From assembly GCA_040954595.2 (NCBI GenBank), contig CM082580.2, positions 7,480,390 through 7,544,389 of the forward strand: a stretch of 64,000 nucleotides of DNA. The letters are read 5' to 3'. The notes below the pieces were generated by a model. It was not told the origin of the DNA, did not search any database, and worked only from the letters and a program-made list of their open reading frames with translations. Position 1 is the first letter of the stretch. Each line of letters opens with the position of its first letter. A program made the translations under genes and the position numbers. Origin of the DNA: Balanoglossus misakiensis. Taxonomy: Eukaryota > Animalia > Hemichordata. Positions 1 to 14,581 of this stretch are shown here, in pieces.

Positions 1-639
1 TGATATTGTACTTCATTTTATAATGTGTTTATTTATTTTGTTTTTCTATTTTTAACTAAATATTTCTACTTGACTTTTCATTTTTAATGACATTTGAAAT
101 TACTTTAGAATTGTTTTTACTTGTGTTTGTGATTTTTATTTAAGTTCGTATTTTAGTTCGTAAAGGTTATTCTTTCAGTTTTTTTACTTTCTAGTTTAAT
201 AAAGTTTTCATTATATTGTAAATAGTAGTACTTATAGTAATAAAAAAATCATAGAATTCATGACAATGTCCCACTGCATGTATATATAGCTTGTGTATGT
301 GTGATCTATTTGACGGTGGTGGAGTGTACTGGTACGTGTGCAGGAATGAAAAGATTGGCTGAAGACAAAGCTGGCCACAGAAAAGAACTATCACTAACAT
401 ATATTCTACCCTTTAGTTATACATGTAACAATAAGTGTACTGGACAAAGGAGGTATAAGTCTTTCATTGTTAATGACACTTATTCCCCCAACATTCGTAA
501 ACTCACTGTGGATAAAGTGAATATTCCAAAAGGAGAAATGAGAATCAGAAGCCAAAGCAAATATTCTGATCATTCTGACATAAAGCTGTATAAACGTGAC
601 GCTAGGTGTATAGAAATTCATCCTTTTATTCACCTTTAT

Positions 640-2120
640 TAGAATGCATAAATGTGATGCAAGGTGTACATGAATTATTCACCCTTATGAGAGTGCATAA
701 AGGTGATTATTTGTGGTAAGCCATTATACCAATTTATAGAGTTGCATAAAGATGTATAAATGAATATCTTTATGCTGCATAAAGATGATTGCAAGAACAG
801 CTTTAATCATATTTATACCAACTTTAAGCATTGCATAAACCTGGGCTTTCATCCTGTGTATGCCGAACGTGTCACTGTCAACTCCCGTATTTTTGCCTTA
901 TGTCCGCTTTTGTTTTCACCATAACTTGCTGCTTCCTTTCAATTCTTGATGAATAGTGAACACAACTGAGTCATTTCACATCTTTCAGGGCGTCAATCAT
1001 GGCTTTAATCACCCTAGAAGCAATATTTGCTGGTTTTGTATCTCTGTATACTTTTCTAGTTTTTATTTTGTCTGTTGTTGGAACCATAGACGCATGTTGG
1101 AACCGTAATTGGCCAGTTTTGCGCTGTTGGTCACACGTTATTCATGAAAGGATGAGCTTGAAAACAATGTCATTCATGAGGTCACTTCCACTATTAGACG
1201 CATGTATGCATTATAAGGTCAATAAGCATATAAACATTGTATCATATTGTTCTAACAAATGTTACAGCGCTTAGCGCCATAAATAGGGTTCCAACCACTG
1301 CGTGGTCGGATTTTTTTCATCTAGGAGGCTGAGTGGCATTGCGCGAGTGTCCCGAGATATATGGAGCGCCGCACACGCGACTGTACCTTGTTGCCTACCG
1401 TACTTTGAAATCATATGCCAATGTGTTGTTTATTCGCATAAAAATCATGTCAATGTAATGAAGAGATATTTATTTGTGATTTTTATAACAACGGCGTTTT
1501 ACAAACGCTACAGAGAAGGTTCAAATGATCATTATCGCAACCTGTACTGCGCCTCCACCTGCCACAATCACACACTGATATGCTAATAACCGATCGTCTG
1601 ACATATATGACATATACCATAGTCATGACATGATGTTCAAAGCCAGTGGGACCTAGTCGGCCCAATGACATTCGTTCTGGCATGCACTTCAAATGTCGAT
1701 GACATATAGCAAAGCAAAACGGTTAAATTAGGCTATTGTTTCAATTGTATGACTGTCAAAGATCGAATGAGGTGGTGGTATTTTAATAAGAAAAAGTAGC
1801 TAGGCCACCAGTACCGCAAAGTAGCCGACCAGGTTGCCGATGGCTGGCGCTTCCTGAAAACTGTGGCCGTCTTTATAACGTGCATAAATGTGTATATATT
1901 CGTTGAGTCATTTAACCATCTTTATACTTTGCATAAAGGTGCATATAATCGGTAAGCCATTATACTCATTTACGCAACCAATTAAAGGAGATAGCAAGAT
2001 AAACACTGTTGACCAACTTCACACCTCTTTAAGCGGTTGCATAAAGGGGCTTGTAAAAGAAGACCAACTTTATGCAGTATTATGCAATTGCATAAAATGA
2101 GTTAAAATGCCTATTTCGTG
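640..2120. repeat. Two diverged direct copies (~640-860 and ~1880-2120) of a GCATAAA-rich repeat, probably decayed transposon sequence
   Basis: Shared strings such as gcataaaggtg...ggtaagccattatac at ~694-730 and ~1931-1965; many internal tgcataaa motifs. Confidence 0.55.
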
Positions 2121-5100
2121 CTGTGGATGTACGTGAGCATAGAAGGCAATGTGTTTGCATGGTTGCCATGTGCGGGATCTCGCGTTGCCCGGTATCACGC
2201 GCGAGACAACAGAGTGAAGTACTCGATGCTCTTCCTGGATAAGTAATAAAATGTCAGTTGCTTGTCATCGAAGTAGCAATGCCGCGTATCCTCTTCGATG
2301 TCTGTCTATAGCCTTCCGAGAACTTACAACGTCTTTCAATTCTATACATTGTACACTGGTACATAGGGGAAATCGGGAAAAGTCTGCGTGCAGGGGGCGT
2401 ATTACAGAAGTAAAGTCAAGCAGTCACATCGTCACAAGAGTCAAGAAAATCAGAATGCAGTTTCCCCATAGAGACAAGGTGCGGTGCACGGTCGCTGTTG
2501 AAAATTAATACAGGCCCCTTTTTGAGACTCGTCGTCTCCCTGTAAAATGTACAGCTACGATTTTTCCATTAAAAGCCAGTTTCCTTGAGGAAGCACCGAC
2601 AACCGTATAACCCATTCATTTCCGAACTGCCAACCTTTCTTAAGATAATATCCGCAACACGGTGCTTGCGGGCTTACGTTTTCCACAATTTTGTAGAGAC
2701 TTTCATTAAGCTGACATGTCAAAATGATATAAAAAGTTCCATTCACGATATCCTTCCATTTCTTTGTCGTGCCGCGCCCCGGGGAAGTGTGTTTCAGAAA
2801 GAGAACATAGAAACAGATACAGCGATTCGGTCGGTGAATGGCGACCTTTTACAGTCGGTCAGAGGATGCAATGTCAAGTTAAATACACAATTTCTATTAA
2901 TATACGAGCTCGTGGCCAGTCAATGGTTGATGATGACCTGAGAACAACAAATTAACATTATCGCCCGTTCTGCGAATTTTGACTTTTGTGCAGATAGAAC
3001 GGCGGTAATTCGCCGTAAATGCTCCACTGGACCGTCAAATTACCCGGATATCCTACAGATACTCGAGAATTCTTAATGCAAATAATTGCACTGATGGAGG
3101 GACGGCGCATTTTGATATGGGTCTAAATCCTCCGGCGATAACAACGGTGGTTATCGTTATCATTCTTATATACGCGGGTATCTACATGTGTATTCAAGTC
3201 ACGGCTGCCTTATTAAACCCCGAGAGACGCCGACGCCCGCACTGGAGTGGCCGGATTTATTTCATACGGTGACGTTGTCAGAAATACCGGGGAAGGAGAG
3301 CGTGTACGGCCGTAACACCTTCCTGTCAGCCCGGTCGGTCTGTCCTTCTATACAAGGCGTATAGGCACACACAGTATTAGCCGGGCAGACGGCATTAACC
3401 TTTGAAAGCACAAGACTTTGACATGAAATGTGACCTTAATTTACATTGTTTGCTCGTTTGTAAAGTCTTCATTTTGTTAAAATTGAAAGTGCTGATATGT
3501 AAACAACTTATCGAGCGAACGATTCCCAAAGTACACCGAAAGCCTGAATAATTCCATCAAAAAATGTCAATATAATAACCATCACAATGCACACAATCTG
3601 CCATTTAATTATAGGATATGAAACGGATTAGAGAAGACGACAAATTGAATTATGCAAATAGTTTGTGCCACAAAGCATTTCATTTGAAATGTCATAAAAA
3701 ATATTCCATTTGGACCTTTCCAAAGGAGGGTCACGACGGGAATATCTGACAAAATGACGTGCTTTGAAAATTGCATCTTTCTGACTGACGTGTTATCAGC
3801 GACACCATCTATAAGGTGTTTCGGTTTTATTTTTATGCAGCGATCGGTTCTTAATACTTAATACAAGTCATCTGGATGGATGTAATCAGAAATAATTAGA
3901 AATACTAGGATTGATAACACTTGCGAGAACATCAATATATCCACAGGTATGATTAAATCAATAATTGACACTGTAATTAAGATCTCACTAATTGTAAAAA
4001 AGAAACCGACCAGACGACCATGCACGCAATTACAATTACAGGGCAATTGTAGCAGACCTGGTGTTTGAATATAATATCTATTATTCTTGTCGTTGGCTTC
4101 TTCTGCTCTCAAATGGAAACGGTGTATCTTTGCTTGTTATTCCCGCAGAGTAAATGCGTTCGCTACAGCAATTTACTAAGTGCTAAATAAACCAAGCGCC
4201 ATAGCCTTAAACCAAACATCACAACATCTGTGAACTGTTTCGTGGAAAATTTCATCCATCTGCGTCGAAGATTTCGCAAAATAATCACGATTATTGAGTT
4301 TTCCTGGTTGTGGAAAGAAGACATCTCACACACTGGCCTGTGTTCCTCTCAGCAGTCGATGACGAATCGCCATGGATACCGCAGGCAAATGCTACAACCC
4401 ACGAGCTTCTTGAAAGATAAAAACTCAACGAATTACTAATATTACAATGTGCATTATTCTTCTGCGTTGAATCGTAGTCTTAATCTAGAGAGATCAACGC
4501 AATGCCGACCATAGGTCATTTATCAATAATGTATGTAGGTTTCCAAATACAGCGAATTTTATTTTCAAGAAATAAACGCGGTATGACTATGACACCATCG
4601 CCGATTTTATGCCCCATGTCTAGAACTCATCAGAATCCCTGAGCTCGTAATAAAACGCCGACAAGAAATCCACACATCAGGACTTCAAGGAAATTCCAGA
4701 ATACTCGTCAAATCTATTTCCGATTTGTATTGAGAGTGCCGCGGCTGGCTGCAGTTCCCTTCGTGGCATGTGAGGATTCCTACACTCATTTGCATGCACC
4801 GTACGTCTCTCCAGACAGCAAACACCTTGATCTCAATGGCCGCATGTTTTCCAGCGCGTTCATTAGAACGAGACACTTCCTGGCCATTGTGCGGGACAAA
4901 GCGACACCCGATCGATGTGATTTGTGAAACGTTGAGAGTGCATGAGTATGAATGGGGGCCTCTCGCCGGCTGCAGCCACGTGCGTGTGTTACTCCATAGC
5001 CACGACAGTGTTAGTTCCTCAATCAAAGATTTAGGCTTTGAATTGGACGTCTTTCCTGTCCGTTCGTGTCCATTCACAGGCAGCAAATAGGCATGTAAAT

Positions 5101-6443
5101 GTGTAAACTCGCGCAGGAGACGTCTGAATACTACTGCAATATGGGGGATCCCGACAGCTGGAAACAAGCAAACTCGGGGTGATTTGAGCCACTTCCCAAC
5201 GCGACATCAACACGATATCAAGGTTGCAAATTGTCCAGCCCAGTTTTCCACACAATGCATGTTATAGCTCATAATCATTACAGCGCATTCGCACCAAATA
5301 GTTTTCAGATGTTTTCTGTATTCAAGCGTTCCATCTGGACAGTGGAGTGCCACCTGCACTTTCTTGATGTGTTCAAAAACGGCGACCGCGGCTCAGATGT
5401 ACTTCAGTCATTTTACTATTCACACCAAGACAGGTTCTAAATTACTTTCGGTAGGGGCTGAATGTACCTGAACGTTTCACGCTATTGGATGTCGGCGTGT
5501 CATTAACCAGTCGCTAGCTTCAATATGGCGCTCAGTGCCACGAGCTTCTTTTCAAGATGGCGCCTGCACAATTACATCGGCAAGTAACCGAATCGATCAA
5601 CGCGCATTTGCATATTGATAAGAACACGTCTGCAAAAGCTGAAGTACCCTTTTGGCGCTTTTGAACATGTTCCAAAACGTGTACCAATCTTCTTGACAAG
5701 TCGATAGATGTATGTGAAGCACTTTCAAGATGGCGGTCACTGCTTTCCATTTATGGACATGTGACGTAACGAATAATTCAACAGACACAATTTGCATATT
5801 GATATTTCTGTCTCGCCGCAATCGCACCATTGTATTTTACAAACAAAGCGTTTTTTCGTATATTTTGACAAAAATGTGACACTTTTATAGGTGAAACAGT
5901 TCAGAGACAGTTCACTATTTACCGATGGATGGCCATTATTTTTAATCAAACTGTCAATGTATGAGCAGTAAATAAACACTCTTTCCCTCAAAGCTCGGCT
6001 GTTTAAATAACACGTCAGGCTTAAAAAGTATAAACGTACATCACTGCAACCTCTCTCACTATTCAGTGACGTTAATGAGGCTGCGCGTTCGCTGAAGAAT
6101 ATATTGAAGCTTTGGCGTCTCGTGATTCAGTCCTAAATCTAAATCAATTTTAAAATTGAATTTTGAATTATGAATTCGCGCACATCGACAAAGCTTCTAA
6201 AGGAATATCACTCATCCATTCTTTCATTCAAACATACATAATATATTCGCACACGCATAACCTTTCTTAGTGTGTCTTACGAGCTTAAAATCGTAAAGTG
6301 GATTTATCATTTGCCGCGTCTGCTTCAGAAGTATAATCTTATTTTTCCTTGAGCAAGTTTCAAGGATTGTATGTTTCAATAGTACGTTTTCAACAACAGA
6401 ATAAAGTTCACACTTCGGTAGTCCTTTTCATATGTACATACAA

Positions 6444-6475
6444 CAGACAGACAGACAGACAGACAGATAGATAGA
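6444..6475. repeat. (ACAG)n/(ATAG)n microsatellite
   Basis: acagacagacagacagacagacagatagatagat. Confidence 0.85.
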
Positions 6476-6542
6476 TGTTACTATTTAAGGTTTCACATCA
6501 CGACACCCCTGTCGTTGATATGCAAATTGAGTGGCGACCCAC

Positions 6543-6821
6543 CTTAGTATCAAAAGCTTCCATGTTTAACTTGTAGTCGTGCAGAATTCCGCGATTCTTA
6601 TTGACGTACTCCAGGGCCAAATCGATGGCCGGTTTCGATGCCCATGCTACGTCGCTTTCTGTGTTTCCCGCCGAGAACGGAAACAAAGCGGCAAAGTAAA
6701 GCTCCTGGGGTCTCGTCTCCTGGCCGAGGGCAACGGTGGAATCTGCTGGTAGACACTGAACGCATGGAAGCAGGAAAGCGACGGCCCAGACGATCCTCGC
6801 GATCTGTTCGGTCGGTATCAT
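6543..6821 (-). CDS. Variable first coding exon A1 of a GABA-B receptor-like protein (signal peptide + start of Venus flytrap lobe 1)
   Basis: ATG at 6821; MIPTEQIARIVWAVAFLLPCVQC hydrophobic leader; ELYFAALFPFSAGNTESDVAWASKPAIDLALEYVNKNRGILHDYKLNMEAFDTK aligns to exon 1 of the + strand gene; phase-0 donor AAG|GTGGGT at 6543/6542. Confidence 0.88.
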
Positions 6822-7139
6822 TTTCACCAGAGCGATGAGTGTAGACGGTTATGGGAGTAATGTCATTTGATGCTACCTGTGTCTGTGTGGGCAAAGATTA
6901 AAGAATTTCCTCGTAGTAGGTTTAGTCGTCCACTGGTTCCCTAGTCGATTTCTTGTGTTGGGTAAATCCTTTCACACAAGCACTAAATTTTTGAAGATAC
7001 TCTTTCTGTCGACAGTTCGAGTGGATAAGGCGTTGCGCTGAAAGGGACGACACGCTATACACAATACTGGAAATTTCGAACACTGCTTTAGACCGCCCCC
7101 TTTCTTTCGATAGGCGGGAGACCCAGCCTCGCACACTGT

Positions 7140-7390
7140 CTGCAGAGACGCGCCACTCGCCAGAGTATTAAACGTCAAACGTCTAAACACCCCGACGCTC
7201 TCTCGATCGATCCCGTTGTGTCGCGCAAAGATTTTCCACCTTTCCTTGGTAACGCTTCATACTAATACGTTGCAGTTGCCGACAAGTGCATGCGCATTGC
7301 ACTGAAACGGTTTTACGATACTTGAGAAGATCAGCATTGAGACCGAAGACGCCCTCAAACAGCGGCCATTTTCAAAAGATTAACTGTTTT
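7140..7390 (-). promoter_or_regulatory. Putative promoter block of exon A1
   Basis: Conserved with 25260-25490: GACAAGTGCATGCGCATT (7281-7298, NRF1-like GCATGCGC core) and GACGCCCTCAAAC (7348-7360), ~460 bp upstream of the ATG. Confidence 0.5.
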
Positions 7391-8532
7391 ATGCTGCGCG
7401 CGGTAAATATTACTAATTGGTACGGCAGACAATTTCAGGACGTCGTCTGCACGACCTAAAGGGAAATCAAAGAAATTTTATTGAACTGTCACAACGGCTA
7501 GCAGTTATAGATACTTGTATACGCACACGTGCAGTTTATTTCAATCCACATAACAGTTTATGAAGATCTCTCGGCGGATTTCCAAATAACAGCCAAATAT
7601 CTCCTAATTTTGATGGCCAGTCTACTAACTTTCATAAAAAATCCAGCGTTTTCGGTTTGCAGTCTCAATGTCGCCGTGTCTGTGTGGGAGTGAAGGTCAT
7701 CAAACGGTATTATTGGCCTGCAGTTGAAGTCTGCGCTATATACGCACACGTGATGCTACGCACGTTTTTGAGAAGAGCGAATACAAATATATCTGGATAC
7801 ATCCGAAACTGTTCCCCAAAGACTACCACTGGAATGCCGCGACCTCGGGAGCACTACAAATTAACGTATCCACAACAACATCACTGACAACCAAAAGCCG
7901 TTTTCATTTTGACGGATTGTTCGGGCCTGTCGTCTGCGCGCGCGATGTTGAATGTTATCCTGCCTCCGATCGATCACCGCTGGCGACATTTTCTGCATTT
8001 TATTCAAGCGGCATTTCTCGTCCACCGTCTTATCGCGTCACGTATTCTATCTCGGCCGGGTATTTCATCATGTTGTTCTCCCGATTGTTTATCCACCAGT
8101 CGATAAATCAGCACAGATGTTCTTCCTGCGACTCTAAGGAGGGTTTCCGCTTTGCCGCTCGGGTGTTCCGTTTACCTGGCAGACTACTAAAAGTACTAAT
8201 CATTCGAACTGCACATTTCCGTGATACGTGGTGCAGTGTTCAGAGTGGCCAAGGGAAGAGAGCATGCGCACACACTGGACACCAGGATGGCTGAACACTG
8301 ACTGACCAGATGTTATTCAAATAAATCATTTATTTATTTACCAACACACAGGTGTATTACCATCAGCGTTAAATAGAAGCAGCGGTGGTTTTCGTCACCG
8401 TGTTATCATTAAAGTTGGGGGGGGGGGGCACCCTTAAGCAATCCGTCTTGCCATTTTGCACAGTTACATACATGCCTTCACGCACGCGCGCTTTGTCATT
8501 TATCATATAGCCATACTGCTGCATATTGTAAG

Positions 8533-8630
8533 ACCACCACCACCACCACCACCACCACCACCACCACCACCACATCAACAACAACAACACAACAACAACC
8601 ACCGTCACCCCCATCATCATCACCACCACC
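8533..8630. repeat. (CCA)n/(CAA)n/(CAT)n trinucleotide microsatellite
   Basis: Long ccaccacca run followed by caa and cat repeats; accounts for the poly-W and poly-P ORFs. Confidence 0.95.
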
Positions 8631-11600
8631 TAAAACACCGCGGAGCGAACGTTAGACATGTGAATATATACCTATAGTGCTGCTGTCACAGCGAGACTCA
8701 TTTTATGCCATTGACTAGCGGTCGATGGAACTATTTTTCTTGGATCCCGGAGTGATGACATTAAAGGTCATTCGAAACAACGTCCCTGTTTAACCTTTTA
8801 AAACAAATTGTATCACAATACCTCTCTGAAACGCTTTCCCCCCTTTGCAACAGAAATTGTTTAACTGCCTGAATAACAAGCAGCTCTCCACCCTGCGGTT
8901 GGAACTTTGACATTTCCATTCGTGCAAAACATCACACAGTGGAAGATTGTGTGCGAAATGTCAGAACATTCAAAACAAGAATCCTATCAATTTTTTTGTC
9001 AAGCTGTAAAATGTGTATTGGTTCAATATCGCTTGCTGTATACTTCTTCCCCGGGTTAAGTGTCATGTCATTCCTTGCACGCTCGTATCAATTTTATAGA
9101 TTTCACAAAGGAAGCGCTTTTTTTATTTTACATTCCCGTCCAGAGTTGTAATAAGACATCTGACTGTATCATTATGACTGAGCCCTGGGGCTGTACATGG
9201 TTTGCGTATTTGGTGCTCTCGGATTGTGTTTGATCATAGGCGATGTTTTAGCGTTTCCGTGTGATGGCTGTTTGCGATGTCGAATTTAGCGCACGTAAGT
9301 CATAATAATCTTGAAACCGAATTCGAGATTGGGTTTTCTTGCTTTATGGTATTGGATACGTAACTTATAGTCAGGGAATTAATTAAATTCTTTGGTGATA
9401 TGCCACCGAAGTAAAATATATATCGGTTTGCCGTGTTATTGATGAATATTAAAACGAGAAACTGTAGCATTTGATATTTCAGATTTTGTAGTGCGCGTAT
9501 CGGATTATAGCTTCTATATCTAACTGATGTTGAACGTCACACGCCTGGACGTCTTGTCAGCAAGCTCTGTCAGTAGGTGTCTGTTTGACCCGAATTTTAA
9601 TCGTAATTGTTGCAAGACGTTATTGTCGTTTTCCTCAGTTAAATTTCGCACACAGCCCAGTCAGAAGAATTTAAATCGATGATGGTACGTCGTGTTTGCA
9701 ATGAGTGGTCCACCCTGTCGTCAAAGCCAATAAAACTTGAAGTGTTTGAATAATAAATGCTGGGTAAAAGACAGATATATTTGTTGGACACGTGTTTCCA
9801 TATAATTAGCACGTGTTGATGATGTAACTGACCTGGTGGGTATGCCAGATCAAATGGATCTGCATATTGCACGTGCCACACCTGTCGTTTATCATCGAAT
9901 GCACCAAACAGACTCGACGTTGCTGTTTTGGCAAGAGTAACACATCCAGGTGGGAAAACATTTGACGTCGAAAAACTGGATAGAAGACAAGACTGTTGTC
10001 AAAAATCTCGCGGTCACCATTTCTCTACACGCACTCAGAGTGTGTTAATATACATTATATGATGGTGATTGCCTCTGACATACACAACAATTTCCTATGA
10101 GAATGGAGGAAGGAGAATGAATGGTTATCTCGCAAAACCATCTATATAAACCCTGTGTATTGCTGGTACGGTGAAATTGGATTGCGGATACCGGAGTTGA
10201 TTAGCCCCCATGTCAACGTCCCCTGCGGTACATACACACATCAGTGGAGAACCTTGATCAGCGTTTTACGGAATGATGTACATGTACTCTCACTGTGCAC
10301 GTGTTATCTACATCAAATCTCATTGCAATCTCTCAACATTTCCCTGTTGCGGCATGAAGGAGGAAGAGAGCGTGGGAATTGGAAATAGACACACGGCAGG
10401 GAGCTGGAGACTGTGCTTTCTATATAACACTGATCAAAATGTTCCTCGCCGTTTTCCTGGGAAGATACATGTGAGATCATTGCGAGGGACGTTGATGAGG
10501 CAACTTATCAACTTCGGTGCGATGAAATCGTCATGATGTCAACAGGCACAGCCTTCCGCGCAAACATGTTGACCGTATGTTTAATGTACTTTTGATAACC
10601 TGCTTCAAAAAAATAACTGATCGAGAAACATCCACTTGTTTTAGTGGATGACACAAATCACCAATGAATGTAGGCTGGGTCCGACTGTTTTCGCTGTGGT
10701 TATTTGTACCATCTAAGTCATCTCCCCATCCTTGCCATAGAGGTCGACTGATGGATTTAAACTTGTGTGTTATACTTGTTGGATCTTTATGCCTGGTTCT
10801 AAGACTCCCCTTTTTGAGGTAGGGGGGGGGGGGGGGTTCTTCACCGCTTCAGACGCAAAGGCAAACAGGCACGTACGGCTACACTTCAGTACGATTGGTT
10901 TGTTTTTGCCGACAAAATCCTCTTTAAAACTCCCAGCGGTATTTTCTGCAGGTATTAACAAACAGATTGCAACTAGACGGACTCATTTGGTTTAACTTGC
11001 GACGCCTAAAGATAAGGGGGAAGTGGTCCCAAGGCGACATACGGGCCCGGAACATCAATTCAAATGATCTTGTTTTATAGGCACGCGGTGAAGAAAACGA
11101 TGGCACTAAATCAAGTCCACTTCAAACCTCTGAACATGCAACTTTAAAAATATGAGTGCGCCGGGAAAAGTCCTGTATACGATTATCATTAAATTGCAGG
11201 TCACTTTATAGACACTCAAGTTCTGGTTCTACATGCAGTGTTTATACACTGTGCAATTCTTTTCTTCGACTAGGAAACAATCCCCCAGATTTTTGACACT
11301 CGCGCTTCTCGTATACAGGTAGGTTAAAGAGGGAAATGCCATTTTCAGTAACCCATTCTGTTAGGGGGTCAAGATGCGCCCCTCAAGTGATTCAAAATTC
11401 ACACCTTTGGTGAAACCCCACTTTATAGAGAAGCTGTTGGGCAAAACATGGACGCTATTTTTTATATTTACAGAAATCACCTCGTGTGGGCGATTGCCAA
11501 CATTAAATTTCCTTCCCTAACTGAGCCTAAACCCATATAACAAAACCAGTAGACCGTGACTAATAATCAATGAAAAAAGAATACTTAGATATCACTATAT

Positions 11601-13329
11601 AGAAATGTTCAGCATGTTTGTTATCATCAACGCTACACAGAGTTTTGTGATTACAATGTATATCGACGAGTCATCTTCATTCGCGGAGTACATGACTGTA
11701 TGCTACTGCAGTCGTCAAAGACCCGTACCGCTCTAGGACAATCGTATACACAGGGGACAGGTACAGTCGAATATGTACCGGTCCGTGATGTCACACACGA
11801 TTTAACAACGTCGCTGCCGGGAAAACTGCATATCTCTGGAACAGATACGCATTCAAAAGCAACATAATCCACGAGGGGGTACATATACATAGCCGCGATT
11901 ATTTTGAAACGGCTTTTGTACGACTACATGCAGATTAGAGTCAGTTCCACGTGCATTCAGAAAACGGCCGCCGGAGAAGCTTTGCTCAAATGGAACGGTA
12001 ACATACAGCGCCCATCATCGAATTAATTTCATTTTCCTTTAGTGCACGATGACAATATGTATTGGAAAAGAACAAAAGTCAAATATCAATTCTGTGTTTG
12101 ACACGTTAAACAAGTCGGGAGTATAAACAGTCACATATACAGACAACGAGTATGTGCGTTAGAAAGAAATTGCGGTTGTAAAATAAATGTCAAATGAAAG
12201 TGCCAATACGTCGTAAAAACGGGAACGAGTCGATGGAATGAACAATGCCTCGACGATGGACGACAGCAATTAATTAACTCAGCGCAAGAGTAACACGGGC
12301 AACGATCGACGATATCGTTTTAATTCATTGCGGCGATACGCTGGACAAGTTTGTAAAAGGTCAATGTGGACATGAAAGTTTATGTGCTGGACAGATAGAT
12401 GGCGGGCCGGGGGGGGGGGGGGGTTAAAGGTGTACGACCGCCTATGCAAATTTAGCCACACTGACCATGGGAAGTTGAGATCTAACCAGCCAGTGATTGT
12501 ACGTCACCTCAGCCGCGCAAATAAAGTGCGAAACTGCATGTATACCTGGTCATATACGAAGACAAAGAAACGTCCCTTCAACCACATATAGGAATATGTA
12601 AATGAGAGGTGATTGAATTCCATTGACACCTATAGACAAGAAACAGATGGTGACAAAAGCGTTGTGTAATACTGAAAAAGAATTTTCGGACTAACTTTAT
12701 CAAGAAACACGTTAGACAATCATAGTTCTCTATACAGTGACGTTGTCTTGTTAGACGCCTTTTTGTGCCACAACAGAGTTTGCAATATTTAGGTTAATCG
12801 ATTAGGCATACAGTTCCGATAGTCGAAGTGTTGACATAGTATACACATTAGGGACACAGATCGATACAAATATATTCAGTCATTCGTCTTCGATTCATAA
12901 CAAAGTAACGCAACCGCCTGACGAATTTCCAACGTCAGGTCGCTGAAAGGTAACTCGTTCTCCAACCGATACGCCAACAGCTGCGCGAGGGAATTCCCGA
13001 GAAGGGGAAAATGGGCCAATTCACAATTCTGTTTCCAAGAAAATCGATAATTTAATATCGGCAAATTTGATAACAAGTGACACGCCACTAAACCCCAAGA
13101 CTTTACACGATGATAATCATTTCTGTTTTTAACACTCCTATAAGCGGCTTCTCTTCACCTGAACACGTGCGCTCTTGAGCAGGGGTCACGTGACAACACT
13201 CTTCAGGGCCCTTGTTCGGACTATTATATTCAACAACGAAAAAGCATTTTGAAAAACCAACATTCCCAAGCGCGAACCTGAACTTCCAGGAGATCCTTCA
13301 CCGAAAGTGTTGACTTACAGCCATCTACA

Positions 13330-13570
13330 ATATCTGCAATATCGATTCCAGTAATTGTATATTCGATTATCGTGACAGGAACCCAAAGGCAAAAAAACCT
13401 CTAGCCTATGAAAGCTATTAAAACTTTGCAATCTATCACCTTTATTAGGAACAGAATCCAGGGCCCGAAACTGTCCTTAACAGAAAATACGCTTCGAGCA
13501 ATCATCTCTCGTCTATAATGCAATGAATTTCGAAGGAGGCCGGTATTCCCATTACTCATGTGGACACTAT
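13330..13570. repeat. Conserved ~250 bp non-coding element, copy downstream of exon B1
   Basis: gtaattgtatattcg...gacaggaacccaaaggc...aacagaaaatacgcttcgagc...gtattcccattactc matches 27310-27570, 28410-28645 and 29730-29975. Confidence 0.6.
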
Positions 13571-14581
13571 AATTTGTAATATAAATACACGACTCCGATA
13601 ATACTCATAATGAAATATTTATCCCCGCGCTCAGCGTCCCTGCGCACAGCAAGGCCGAGGAAAGTTTCATTAAAAAGGTTCACTATTAACGGAAAATTAA
13701 TGTCTGCGTGTCAAAGAGACACAATGATAACGTGAGAAACAATTTTTGCCGAGAACAGCAAAATTAATAGACGTATACACATGATCTCAGCATGAATGTT
13801 ATGTACAATAAAACGGGCACAGGTACACATCGTGAGCTTTCGACCTAAAACGTTCTCAAATGAACACAGTTAAACCGCGGCTTCGTATTTTCTGTGAAAG
13901 TTAATAAAGAGAGTCATAACTCATCAGGTGGTGAGAATGGGACATTTACGGTTGTTTCCGATCGTTAACCCATTAATTGGCTTTCGTTTGAGTGTAATCA
14001 CTGACCCCCGTTAATTTCCCGGTAAATTTGACGCTATTCGTCTGTGTTTGAAAACCTCAAGGCCGAAGGACTTGTGTGAAAACTTACGATTCTCTCAAAG
14101 TTGCTAGGAAAAGAACCGCAATACATTTCTAAGGAACGAATGAATGGAAAGTGTTGTAACATCCACGACGACCACCAAACGTGGCTCACAATGTCGTTCA
14201 ACTTAAAATGAATCCTAAAGATATCAAATGAATATGTGGATATATGACTCGAGCAAAAGGAAGAAGATTTGAATGGCAACACAACAGCTCGGGCAGTCTG
14301 GGCATGATTACTTTTATAGAGTGGTCATTCCTATATACATAATCTTAAGTCATGGTTCTGTGTAAGCTGCTCTCTCATGTGGAAACGCGTCACTCAAATA
14401 CTCTGATGGTAAATATCTACCGCGTTATATAAAGGTATGACTCAGGTCATCGAAGTATGCGTTTCTAGTTTATAGCTAGAACGCCATAGGAATAGTTCTA
14501 ACAATGAGTTTACCCAAAATAAATTCTGCCTCGGTAGTTTCAGCAGAGCGTCAGTTTTCTTTAAATCTAAACCAGTCCTAC

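Noticed and set aside
4685-5255. Overlapping ORFs, plus a short match (ttaggctttgaa) to the region 5' of exon B2 in the opposite orientation
   Set aside because: Match is only ~20 nt, no exon-1 coding follows it, and the ORFs resemble no GABA-B exon or protein family I recognise.
8369-8677. Poly-Trp and poly-Pro/His ORFs
   Set aside because: Translations of the (CCA)n microsatellite.
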